A stretch of 64,000 nt of DNA, taken from Trueperaceae bacterium. GTDB taxonomy: Bacteria; Deinococcota; Deinococci; Deinococcales; Trueperaceae. The notes below the pieces were generated by a model that was given only the letters and a program-made list of their open reading frames with translations, made no database searches and was not told the origin of the DNA. Below, one piece after another: positions 28,213 to 37,147 of the stretch (its first letter is position 1; every line of letters starts with the position of its first letter). A program made the position numbers and the translations under genes. The stretch is from the NCBI GenBank assembly GCA_965214405.1, contig OZ243956.1:928001-992000 (forward strand). The letters are read 5' to 3'.

Positions 28213-28932
28213 GTGACTCTGGGAATCATAAGCGACGTCCACGCCAACGTGCTCGCGCTCGAGGCGGTGCTCAAAGTGTTACGAGCAGAGGGCGCGAACA
28301 CGATTTTGTGCTTGGGCGACCTCGTCGGCTACGGGCCTTCACCCAACGAGACGATCGACTTGGTTCGCGCCGAGGGTTTATTGTGTGCGCTCGGCGCGGC
28401 GGACGAGCGCATCGCCTTTGAATTTGCAGGCACGAACAAGCCGCGCGAGGGCGTGGCCGACGAGATTTTGGAGTGGACGCGCACCGTTATCGAGCCGCGC
28501 CACGTTGAATTTTTGCGCAGCCTGCCCGTTCAATCGCGCCTGACGACGCCCGTGGGCCGCCTGCGCTTTTTTCACGGGTCGCCCCAGCAGCCTTCGGAAC
28601 GCCTCACGCTCAACCGGGACGTGCTGGAGCTTGTCAAGGTGCTCGAGGCCAACCGTTGCAACATCCTCGCCTGCGGCGGCTCGCACGTGCCCTACTACCA
28701 AGAGCTTCCCAACGGCTGGGTCGTCAACCCCGGCTCGGTCGGGCTGTCCTTAAACGGCGAGCCGGGCGCGGACTACGCGCTTCTCAAAATCAGCAAGAGC
28801 GGCGTCGAGGTGGCGATGGACAAGGTCGAATACGATTTTGCCGCGGTCGCCTTTGACATCGTGGCCTGGGGCCTGCCCGCGATGGTCGCCGAGACCATCC
28901 AACGAGGGCGGATGCCCGAGAAGCTGTCTTAG
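28213..28932 (+). CDS. Metallophosphoesterase family protein
   Basis: ISDVHAN, LGDLVGYGP, VNPGSVG; GNHD and GHTH motifs are degenerate (GAAD, GGSH). Confidence 0.85.
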   Translation: MTLGIISDVHANVLALEAVLKVLRAEGANTILCLGDLVGYGPSPNETIDLVRAEGLLCALGAADERIAFEFAGTNKPREGVADEILEWTRTVIEPRHVEFLRSLPVQSRLTTPVGRLRFFHGSPQQPSERLTLNRDVLELVKVLEANRCNILACGGSHVPYYQELPNGWVVNPGSVGLSLNGEPGADYALLKISKSGVEVAMDKVEYDFAAVAFDIVAWGLPAMVAETIQRGRMPEKLS

Positions 28933-29102
28933 AAAGTCACCTCACGCACAAGCCGTATAAAAGTCATAGAAGATCTACCGGAAAGGTTGAGGAGGGGGAG
29001 CCCAGAACATAGAATGCTCTTTCTGTTCTCCCTTCTGTCTTTATTTCCTTCTAAGTCCTTCCCCAAGAAACAAATTTGTATAAGGTGAGTTAGAGAGCCG
29101 CG

Positions 29103-29366
29103 TCAAGCGCTCTTCGCCAAAGGCGTCTCCACCGCGCCGCTCACGCCGCAGTTTTTGCAGACGACCGAAAAGGTCGAGCAGGTCATCCGGCCGCTGGTGC
29201 CAAAGCGCGGCACGGTCATGACTTTCAGGGGCGCGGCGCAGTCGGGGCAAAAGATCGCGCCGCCCTTTTCGTACTGATGACACAGCGAATTTACACGCGC
29301 GTTCCGAAGAATTCGCACGACATCCTCCTCAGGACGGGCTAGTTTAGGGGAAAAAGGCTCGGCCAT
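29103..29366 (-). CDS. Small putative zinc-ribbon protein
   Basis: 87 aa with CPDC and CKNC pairs. Confidence 0.55.
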   Translation of the reverse strand: MAEPFSPKLARPEEDVVRILRNARVNSLCHQYEKGGAIFCPDCAAPLKVMTVPRFGTSGRMTCSTFSVVCKNCGVSGAVETPLAKSA

Positions 29367-29697
29367 ACCGTTTTTGCGGTTTGTGATGGAGCCTTGTGAA
29401 AGTTACCTGTTGCAGTGTTGAACGTGCCAAAGGTCGGCACCGCGTCAACCACCTCCGTAGCAACCGCTAATGTACATAAAGTTTGCGGGCGTGTGTGTGC
29501 TTCGCGCTACGGCGCGGGGGATGTAGGGTTCGCTTGGGAGGCTCGAGCCCTAACTCACCACACAACATCAGGTCACCCACGAAATTTCAGCAAAAACTTC
29601 GCGGCACATTCAGCTATCCGGTTTCTAGAGCTTGACAGCGTATACTCCTTTTCATAGGCATCAAGAAATTTTGTAAAGGCGCGAAACGGAGTAAAAA

Positions 29698-30900
29698 ATG
29701 ACTGAAGCATACTTAGTCGAAGCGGTACGCACCCCCATCGGGCGGCACGGCGGCGCGCTCTCCCCCGTTCGCCCCGACGACTTGGGCGCGCTCGTGTTGG
29801 GCGAACTCATGGCTCGAGCGGGCATCCCTAAAGGAGAAGTCGAGGACGTTTACATGGGCTGCGCCAACGGCGCGGGCGAGGACAACCGCAACGTCGCGCG
29901 GATGAGCCTGCTTCTGGCGGGCTTTCCCACCGAGGTAGCGGGCACGACCATCAACCGGCTCTGCGGCTCGGGTCTGGACGCGGTGGCGAGCGCGGCGCGG
30001 GCGGTGATGCTGGGCGAGGCGGACGTGTACATCGGCGCGGGCGTGGAGTCGATGAGCCGCGCGCCCTGGGCGGTGCCCAAAACGGAGCGCCCCTTCGCCA
30101 CGGGCGACTTGACCGCTTTTGACACGACGCTCGGCTGGCGCTTCGTCAACCCCAAAATGGCCGAACTGTACGGCGCCGAGGCGATGGGCGAGACCGCCGA
30201 GAATTTGGCCGAGGATTGCGGCGTCTCGCGCGAGGCGCAAGACGAGTTCGCGTATCAAAGCCATCAAAAAGCGCTGGCGGCGATTCAGGCGGGCCGCTTC
30301 AAAGACGAAATCGTTCCCGTCACCATCAAAGGGCGCAAAGGGAGCACCGTCGTGGACACCGACGAAGGCCCCCGCCCGGACACGTCGTTGGACAAGCTCG
30401 CCACGCTTCGCCCCGTGTTCCGCGAGGGCGGCAGCGTGACGGCGGGGAACTCGAGCTCGCTTAACGACGGCGCGGCGGCGGTGCTGGTCGTCGCAAAAGA
30501 TTATGCCGACGCGCACGGCTTAAAGCCCCTCGCCAAAGTCCGCAGCATGGCGGTGGCGGGGGTGCCGCCGCGCATCATGGGCATCGGGCCGGTACCCGCG
30601 ACACGCAAGGCGTTAGAGCGCGCCGAAATTTCATTGGAGGATGTCGGCGTCATCGAACTTAACGAAGCCTTTGCCGCGCAGTCGTTGGCGGTGCTCCGCG
30701 ATCTTGGGCTAGACCCCGAAGATGACCGCCTCAACCCCAACGGCGGCGCGATTGCGCTCGGACACCCGCTGGGCTGCTCCGGCGCGCGCATCCTCACGAC
30801 CTTGCTTTTTGAGATGAAGCGCCGGGAGGTCAGGCACGGCCTGGCGACCATGTGCATCGGGGTGGGTCAGGGCATTGCGATGGTGGTGGAGCGTGTTTGA
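29698..30900 (+). CDS. paaJ: Thiolase (PaaJ/PcaF type)
   Basis: [34 protein letters not shown]; linked to paaK and paaZ. Confidence 0.88.
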   Translation: MTEAYLVEAVRTPIGRHGGALSPVRPDDLGALVLGELMARAGIPKGEVEDVYMGCANGAGEDNRNVARMSLLLAGFPTEVAGTTINRLCGSGLDAVASAARAVMLGEADVYIGAGVESMSRAPWAVPKTERPFATGDLTAFDTTLGWRFVNPKMAELYGAEAMGETAENLAEDCGVSREAQDEFAYQSHQKALAAIQAGRFKDEIVPVTIKGRKGSTVVDTDEGPRPDTSLDKLATLRPVFREGGSVTAGNSSSLNDGAAAVLVVAKDYADAHGLKPLAKVRSMAVAGVPPRIMGIGPVPATRKALERAEISLEDVGVIELNEAFAAQSLAVLRDLGLDPEDDRLNPNGGAIALGHPLGCSGARILTTLLFEMKRREVRHGLATMCIGVGQGIAMVVERV

Positions 30901-31252
30901 GGAGGGTGACGAGGCGCGGGTGAGGGAGCTCGACCGCGCCTGGAATGAGGCGTACGTGCGGCGGGACGTGGGCGCGTTGGCGCGCGTTCTGGCTGATGAT
31001 TGGATAGGCTTGACGCCTCAGCACGAAATCGTTACCAAGGAGAGGCTGCTCGAGTCCCAACGCCAGGCCCCTTCTGATGTTGAGGTGTCTTTTCATGACG
31101 GTACGCTGCACGGTTTCGGCAATACCGCCGTAACGACGGGGCGAACAACCGTTAAGGGTCTGGGGCTTTTTATCGACCAGCGCTTCACCCGCGTCTATAC
31201 TAAATGTAACGGGCGCTGGCAAGCCGTCGCTGTACAGGTTGTGCCGATATAA
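30893..31252 (+). CDS. NTF2-like (DUF4440) protein
   Basis: [21 protein letters not shown]...FGNTAV...RFTRVY..NGRWQ. Confidence 0.82.
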   Translation: MFEEGDEARVRELDRAWNEAYVRRDVGALARVLADDWIGLTPQHEIVTKERLLESQRQAPSDVEVSFHDGTLHGFGNTAVTTGRTTVKGLGLFIDQRFTRVYTKCNGRWQAVAVQVVPI

Positions 31253-31689
31253 AAGCATACTTCGGCATCAAATACCACCCGGACAACCGCAACCGCGAAA
31301 CGGTTGAAAGGGTTTCAGACGTGCTCGCCAGATGCGGCCTTGAACTTCTTTGCGTCACCCGCGATGTCGAGAGGTGGGGCGCGGTCAGACTAACACCCGA
31401 AGAACTCATGAAAAAGACGTTTGGAATGATTGACGGCTGCGCGGTCGTTGTCGTCGAACTGAGCGAGAAGGGGGTGGGTTTGGGCATTGAAGCGGGGTAC
31501 GCTTACGCAAAAGGCGTTCCGGTTGTGACGATTGCAAGACAAGGCGCAGAGATATCCGAAACGTTGCGGGGCATTTCAAGAAAAGTATTTTTCTATGACG
31601 CGTATAGTGACCTCGAGCCCCTGTTCGTCAATTTTTTCAAAGAAGCCTCACCAGATGCACACCGTTCTCAAACGCCCATATTCACATAG
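31249..31689 (+). CDS. Nucleoside 2-deoxyribosyltransferase-like protein
   Basis: KGVGLGIEAGYAYAKGVPV motif; open frame extends upstream to ATA-AAA-GCA-TAC (xKAYFGIKY); first canonical start is GTG at 31321. Confidence 0.75.
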   Translation: MKAYFGIKYHPDNRNRETVERVSDVLARCGLELLCVTRDVERWGAVRLTPEELMKKTFGMIDGCAVVVVELSEKGVGLGIEAGYAYAKGVPVVTIARQGAEISETLRGISRKVFFYDAYSDLEPLFVNFFKEASPDAHRSQTPIFT

Positions 31690-31694
31690 CCTTA

Positions 31695-31733
31695 TTCACA
31701 AGGCGTTCACAGTCCCTTCCCCTACGCTTCACG
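31695..31733 (+). promoter_or_regulatory. 11-bp-periodic direct repeats, candidate OmpR-family binding site
   Basis: TTCACA 31695, TTCACA 31706, TTCCCC 31717, TTCACG 31728, upstream of the SHOCT-RR-HK genes. Confidence 0.6.
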
Positions 31734-31799
31734 CCTTCTCTCCTATCCTGACGTCAAGCCTGAGCGGTAGGTTTTAGAGCTCAGGGAAAGGAGAAAGCG

Positions 31800-32243
31800 A
31801 TGGCTTTCGCATACGGCATGGGTCACGGGATGGGTTTTGGCTTTGGGCTGGGGTTTCTCAACCTCATCGGCACCGTCCTCTTTTTCGCCTTCCTCTTCTG
31901 GGCGTTTAGGTCCTTGGGGAGAGGTTGGCGCTACGGCGGGCGGCGCGGGCGCGGGAGACGCTACGGGCGTTCCCACGGGCGTCCCTGGGAGGGCGGCGGC
32001 GACGACGCGGTGAAGCTCGCCAAAGAACGGTTCGCCAAAGGCGAGATAAGCGCCGAGGAGTTTGAGCGCATCAAAGCGGGCCTCGGCGAGGACGAGGCGG
32101 AGACGAGGTCCGAGGCGAGGTCCGGCCCACCCTTCGAATGGTTTAGAGATTCGGACGACGCGCTAGAGATTGCCCGCAAGCGTTTAGCCAAGGGTGAACT
32201 CACGTTAGACGAGTTCGAGACGGTCAAGCGGGCGCTTAGCTAA
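31800..32243 (+). CDS. SHOCT-domain membrane protein
   Basis: One TM, then two copies of the (K/R)xRxAKGE(I/L)xxxEFE motif; AAGGAG RBS. Confidence 0.85.
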   Translation: MAFAYGMGHGMGFGFGLGFLNLIGTVLFFAFLFWAFRSLGRGWRYGGRRGRGRRYGRSHGRPWEGGGDDAVKLAKERFAKGEISAEEFERIKAGLGEDEAETRSEARSGPPFEWFRDSDDALEIARKRLAKGELTLDEFETVKRALS

Positions 32244-32310
32244 ACGCTTAGACACCGCACCGGATACCGACGTGGGAGAGTCCCGCGTCGGTGTATCCTT
32301 GGAGCAGGCT

Positions 32311-32982
32311 ATGCAAACGGTTCTCATTGTCGAAGACGAAGCGAGGCTCGCCGAAATCCTCGAGGACTACCTGCGGCGCGACGGTTTCAGGACCGAACGC
32401 GCCAAGGACGGTCGGCGGGCGCTCGAGCTCTGGCGCGCGGCGACGCCCGACCTCGTCTTGCTCGATTTGATGCTCCCTCTCATAGACGGCTTCGAGGTGG
32501 CGCGGCGCATCCGCGCGGAGTCGGGCGTGCCCATGATTATGCTGACGGCTCGAGACGAGGAAATCGACAAGCTCCTGGGGTTGGGCCTTGGCGCGGACGA
32601 CTACGTGGTCAAGCCCTACAGCCCGCGCGAGGTCGTCGCGCGCGTCAAGGCGGTGCTGCGGCGCGCGGGCGGCGGGGTGGTCGCGCCGGAGGTCTACAGC
32701 GCCGGAGCGATAACCGTGGACGTAGGCCGCTACGCGGTGCGCTGCGCCGAGCATGAGGTGACGCTCACGCCGGGCGAGGTGAGGTTGCTCGCGGCCCTAG
32801 CCAGAGAGCCGGGCATGGTGAGGGGTCGCCCTGAACTGCTCGCCGCCACCGGCGACGCCGAACGCTACGCGGACGAGCGCACCGTGGACGCGCATGTGAA
32901 AAACCTGCGGCGCAAACTTGGGGCGTGTGGGGACAAGCTCGAGACCGTCCGCGGCGTGGGCTACCGGCTGCGGGGCGACTGA
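32311..32982 (+). CDS. OmpR/BaeR-family response regulator
   Basis: LIVEDE, LLDLMLP, GADDYVVKP, RTVDAHVKNLRRKL, TVRGVGY. Confidence 0.93.
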   Translation: MQTVLIVEDEARLAEILEDYLRRDGFRTERAKDGRRALELWRAATPDLVLLDLMLPLIDGFEVARRIRAESGVPMIMLTARDEEIDKLLGLGLGADDYVVKPYSPREVVARVKAVLRRAGGGVVAPEVYSAGAITVDVGRYAVRCAEHEVTLTPGEVRLLAALAREPGMVRGRPELLAATGDAERYADERTVDAHVKNLRRKLGACGDKLETVRGVGYRLRGD

Positions 32983-34190
32983 TGCCACGACGAGGTCATG
33001 ACTGGGGTCGCCATAATTGGCACCGTCGGCATGGGGGCAGGTGGAAGCATCAGCGTAGGCGCAAGCGCTGGGGACTCAGGCGACGGTTCACGTTCACCTT
33101 TGCCTTCGTGGCCTTTGCAGCGGTGAGCATCACAACGTTTTTTACGCTGGGCGCGGTGTTCAGCGCCCAAGGCGAGCTTTTCGGCGTTCACGAACTCCCT
33201 ATGCGCGGCTTCCGCCAAGAACGGGGCGACTGGAGAGGCCCGGACGACCCAAGGTTTGCCGCCGCGGGGGCGGCCTTTAGACAGATTACCCGCACGTCTT
33301 TCCTCGCGGCGCTCCTTTCGTTCTTTTTGGCGTCGGGCGCGGCGGCCTTTGTGACGAGGCGCTTAACGCGTCCCCTGACCGCGCTAACCGACGGGGCGAG
33401 GCGCTTGGCCGCAGGCGAGCGCGGGCTCAGGCTCGAGCTGCCCTCCTCTCAAGACGAACTGCGCGTGCTGACGGAAGCGTTCAACGGGCTTACCGAGGGG
33501 CTCGAGCGCCAAGAGGCGTGGCGGCGCAACCTTGTCGCCGACATCGCCCACGATTTGCGTACTCCTTTAGCAGTGATGCGCAGCGAGCTCGAGGCGATGC
33601 AAGACGGCGTCGTGACGCTCGATCAGGCCGGACTCGCGCGGCTCCACACCGAGGTGCTGAGGCTGTCAGAGCTCGTAAATGATTTGCGCACGTTGTCGCT
33701 CGCCGAGAGCGGCGGGCTGGCTCTCAAGCTCGAGCCCACGCCGCTCAAGCCTTTATTGGAGGGGACGCTCGAGGCGTTCGCTACTCGAGCGCGCCAGGTC
33801 GGGGTCACGTTGACGCTCGAGCCCGTTCCCGACACGCTCACCGCCGACCTAGACCGCGCTCAAATAGGCCGCGTGCTCGGCAACTTGCTCGACAACGCGC
33901 TGCGCTACGCCGCGCCGGGGGCGGTCGAGGTTGGGGCGGCGCGCGCTGAGGCCGGGGTAAAGGTGTGGGTGCGCGACCACGGGCCGGGGCTGCCCCAAAA
34001 AGCTTTGGAACGCCTTTTTGAACGTTTTTATCGGGGCGACGCGGCCAGGACGCGCGAACGCGAGGGGGGCTCGGGGCTGGGGCTCACCATCGCGCGGGCC
34101 ATTGCGGAGGCGCACGGGGGGCGGCTCGAGGCTGATAACCATGAAAGCGGGGCGGTGTTCACCTTGTACCTGCCCGCGCGCACAATGTAA
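32982..34190 (+). CDS. BaeS-like sensor histidine kinase
   Basis: 2 TM, HAMP, IAHDLRTPL, NLLDNA, DHGPG, GSGLGL; TGATG overlap with the response regulator. Confidence 0.93.
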   Translation: MPRRGHDWGRHNWHRRHGGRWKHQRRRKRWGLRRRFTFTFAFVAFAAVSITTFFTLGAVFSAQGELFGVHELPMRGFRQERGDWRGPDDPRFAAAGAAFRQITRTSFLAALLSFFLASGAAAFVTRRLTRPLTALTDGARRLAAGERGLRLELPSSQDELRVLTEAFNGLTEGLERQEAWRRNLVADIAHDLRTPLAVMRSELEAMQDGVVTLDQAGLARLHTEVLRLSELVNDLRTLSLAESGGLALKLEPTPLKPLLEGTLEAFATRARQVGVTLTLEPVPDTLTADLDRAQIGRVLGNLLDNALRYAAPGAVEVGAARAEAGVKVWVRDHGPGLPQKALERLFERFYRGDAARTREREGGSGLGLTIARAIAEAHGGRLEADNHESGAVFTLYLPARTM

Positions 34191-34231
34191 GCGGTAAACT
34201 GGGGAGCACAGAACAACCTTCTGGAGGTATC

Positions 34232-35569
34232 ATGTTTAACCGCGAGCTCGAGGCGCTCCCCAAGGATAAACTTAGGAAACTTCAAGACGAGCGCCTAAGC
34301 ACCCTCGTCCGCTACGTTTACGAACGCGTACCTTTTTACAAAACGGCACTAGACGAAAAGGGTGTTAAACCGGGAGACGTCAGCAGCATTGACGACGTTC
34401 ACAAGCTGCCCTTCACCCACAAGAGCGACCTCAGAGACCATTATCCCTTTGGACTTTTCGCCGTGCCGCAGGAGAAAATCGCCCGCATCCACGCGAGCAG
34501 CGGCACGACGGGCAAGCCGACCATCGTGGGCTACACGAAAAAGGATATTGAGACCTTTGCCGAAGTCAACGCGCGCTGCCTCGCGGCGGCGGGGGCGAGG
34601 CCCGGCATGATGTTTCACAACGCCTACGGCTACGGGCTTTTTACGGGCGGGCTGGGGCTTCACTACGGCGGCGAGCGGCTGGGGCTGACGGTCGTTCCGG
34701 TCTCGGGCGGCATGACCGAGCGGCAGGTGACGCTCATTCAGGATTTGAAGCCGCAGGTTATTTCATGTACGCCATCATATGCTCAAACGCTGGCCGAAGC
34801 ATTTAGAGAAAAAGGCGTTGCACCTGAAGAAACGAGTTTGGAGTACGCCGTCTTGGGCGCTGAACCTTGGACGGACGCGATTCGTGCCGATGTTGAAGCG
34901 GGGTTGGGCGTCGAAGCGACGAACATCTACGGTTTATCAGAAATCATCGGCCCCGGCGTCTCGAACGAAGATTACCGGGAGCAGGCGGGCTCATATATTT
35001 GGGAAGACCACTTCTACCCCGAAATCGTCCATCCCGACACGGGCGAGCCCCTGCCCGAGGGCGAGGACGGCGTGCTCGTCATCACCACGCTGACCAAGGA
35101 GGCGCTGCCGCTGCTGCGCTACTGGACGGGCGACATTACTCACCTGACGCGCGAGCCGGGCGCAACGGGGCGCACCCACGCGCGCATGGGGATGATTCGC
35201 GGGCGGAGCGACGACATGTTAATTGTGCGGGGGGTGAACGTGTACCCGACGCAAATCGAGGATGTGCTTAAAGATATCGAAGACATCGCGCTTCATTATC
35301 TCCTTGTGGTGTCGCGCGAGGGCACGCTGGACACGCTCACGCTGAGGCTCGAGCTCTCCGAGCCTGCCTTTTACAAAGTAGGCCAAATAACGCTCTCAGA
35401 TGAAACCGTCGAAGCTGACCTCGTGCTCAGGAGTTTGCGCGACAGAATCCAAGGCCGCGTCAAAGACACCGTCGGCGTCAACGTCCGGGTGAGCCTCCTA
35501 GCGCCGGGGGCCGCGCCGCGGAGCGCGGGAGGCAAGCTGCGGCGCACGCTGGACGAGCGGAACCTTTAA
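34232..35569 (+). CDS. paaK: Phenylacetate-CoA ligase
   Basis: HASSGTTGKP, YGYGLFTGGLG, YGLSEIIGPGV, GRSDDMLIVRGVNVYP. Confidence 0.93.
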   Translation: MFNRELEALPKDKLRKLQDERLSTLVRYVYERVPFYKTALDEKGVKPGDVSSIDDVHKLPFTHKSDLRDHYPFGLFAVPQEKIARIHASSGTTGKPTIVGYTKKDIETFAEVNARCLAAAGARPGMMFHNAYGYGLFTGGLGLHYGGERLGLTVVPVSGGMTERQVTLIQDLKPQVISCTPSYAQTLAEAFREKGVAPEETSLEYAVLGAEPWTDAIRADVEAGLGVEATNIYGLSEIIGPGVSNEDYREQAGSYIWEDHFYPEIVHPDTGEPLPEGEDGVLVITTLTKEALPLLRYWTGDITHLTREPGATGRTHARMGMIRGRSDDMLIVRGVNVYPTQIEDVLKDIEDIALHYLLVVSREGTLDTLTLRLELSEPAFYKVGQITLSDETVEADLVLRSLRDRIQGRVKDTVGVNVRVSLLAPGAAPRSAGGKLRRTLDERNL

Positions 35570-35681
35570 GATGAATTATGGCCTTACCTGTTGCGGATAA
35601 AATCTTTGCAGCGATTTTCAGAGGTACTGAGTGGATTCAACGCAAGTATCATCACCCAAACTATGTCTTAAGCAGTAACTC

Positions 35682-36311
35682 ATGAACAAAGTTTCGCTCA
35701 AACCAGATGATACCTGCTATACAGCGGAAGAGTATTTGGCGCTCGAGCGCGGAGCCCCCTACAAAAGTGAGTACGTTGATGGGGAGATTTTTGCGCTTGC
35801 TGGGGCGAGCGAGCCGCACAACCTCATCGTGACGAATTGTGTTGGGGAATTGTGGGGACAACTCAAGGGCAAGCCCTGCAAACTCTACTCGAGCGACATG
35901 CGCGTCCAGCTTGCCAAATCCAGACGCTACACCTATCCCGACCTCGTCATCGTCTGCGGCAAAGCCGGGTTCACCGACGATACGCGAGATACCTTGACTA
36001 ACCCAAGCCTGATTATCGAGGTTTTATCTCCTTCCACCGAAAGCTATGACCGAGGGGAAAAGTTCGAGCATTACCGCAAGCTTGATTCTTTGCAAACTTA
36101 CGTGCTCATCTCACAGGACAAGCCACTTTTAGAAGTTTTCGAACGCCAAGCGGGCGGGCGCTGGCTGCTCAGCGAGTATGGTGGGTTGGGTGCAAGCGCG
36201 CCGCTTCCAAATATCAATTGCGAACTTCAACTGGTCGAGGTCTACGACAGGATTGATTTTGAGGAGGTCTCGAGCACCCCACCGAACGAACGCGATGAAA
36301 CCGATTCCTGA
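35682..36311 (+). CDS. Uma2 family putative endonuclease
   Basis: EEYLALE, EYVDGEI, YPDL, IIEVLSPSTESYDRGEKF. Confidence 0.92.
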   Translation: MNKVSLKPDDTCYTAEEYLALERGAPYKSEYVDGEIFALAGASEPHNLIVTNCVGELWGQLKGKPCKLYSSDMRVQLAKSRRYTYPDLVIVCGKAGFTDDTRDTLTNPSLIIEVLSPSTESYDRGEKFEHYRKLDSLQTYVLISQDKPLLEVFERQAGGRWLLSEYGGLGASAPLPNINCELQLVEVYDRIDFEEVSSTPPNERDETDS

Positions 36312-36717
36312 GAGCTACACCGCCACCCACACCCTCACCGTTACGGAAGGGATGACAGTGGATTTTGAACTCCTCGAGCCCGAACTCGGCAAGCTCCACC
36401 CCGTCTACGCGACGTACTGGCTCGCCAAGCACATGGAGCTCGTGAGCCGCAAAATCATCCTGCCCTTTTTAGAGCCTCATGAGGCGGGGATAGGCTTTTC
36501 TGTGGCGGTCACGCACCTCGCTTCGGCCCTGCCGGGGATGAAAGTCACGCTAAAAGGAATTCACGTGAGAACCGAGAAAAACCGCGTTTATGCCCGCTGC
36601 GAGGCGCACAGCGAACTTGGCGACAAGGTGGGCGAGGGCGAGACGACGCAGGTGATTTTGCGACGGGAGAGGCTAGAAGCGAACTTCGCCAAATTGCGCG
36701 AACGCTGGGAGGCATAA
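36295..36717 (+). CDS. Hotdog-fold thioesterase (FlK-like)
   Basis: HPVYATYWLAKHME, VTHLASALPG, VGEGET. Confidence 0.8.
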   Translation: MKPIPESYTATHTLTVTEGMTVDFELLEPELGKLHPVYATYWLAKHMELVSRKIILPFLEPHEAGIGFSVAVTHLASALPGMKVTLKGIHVRTEKNRVYARCEAHSELGDKVGEGETTQVILRRERLEANFAKLRERWEA

Positions 36718-36745
36718 TGAAGACGGCGAAAGCGAGAGGGATAGC

Positions 36746-37075
36746 ATGGTCAGGCTGATGGCGCTTTACAAGAAACCGGACGACCCGGACGCGTTTATGA
36801 AGCACTACGAAGAAGTCCACATGCCCTTGGTGAAACGGACGCCGGGCCTTAAAAAAATCGTCGTGAACCGGGTGACGGCGAACCTAACGGGCGGCCCGCC
36901 CCCCTATTTCATGATGGTCGAGATGCACTACCCCAACCAAGAAATCTTTGACGCGGCGATGAAATCGGACGAGAACCGGGCGGCGGGCGAGGATTTGATG
37001 GGTTTTGCCAAGGGACTCGTGACGCTGCTCGTGCTTGACGAGACGGACGTTTACAGCGATATGCCCTTGCGCTAG
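36746..37075 (+). CDS. EthD family reductase
   Basis: LYKKPDDPDAFMKHYEEVHMPLVKRTPGL. Confidence 0.85.
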   Translation: MVRLMALYKKPDDPDAFMKHYEEVHMPLVKRTPGLKKIVVNRVTANLTGGPPPYFMMVEMHYPNQEIFDAAMKSDENRAAGEDLMGFAKGLVTLLVLDETDVYSDMPLR

Positions 37076-37147
37076 GGGTAGACGGCGGTGTTCTAGCGTC
37101 CCCTCGAGCCCCAAATGGCAAAAAGGTTGCTCGAGTATGATGAGGCT

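Noticed and set aside
29632..29660. TTGACA and TATACT upstream of the thiolase as a sigma70 promoter
   Set aside because: The two hexamers are only 3 bp apart, and no properly spaced partner is convincing.
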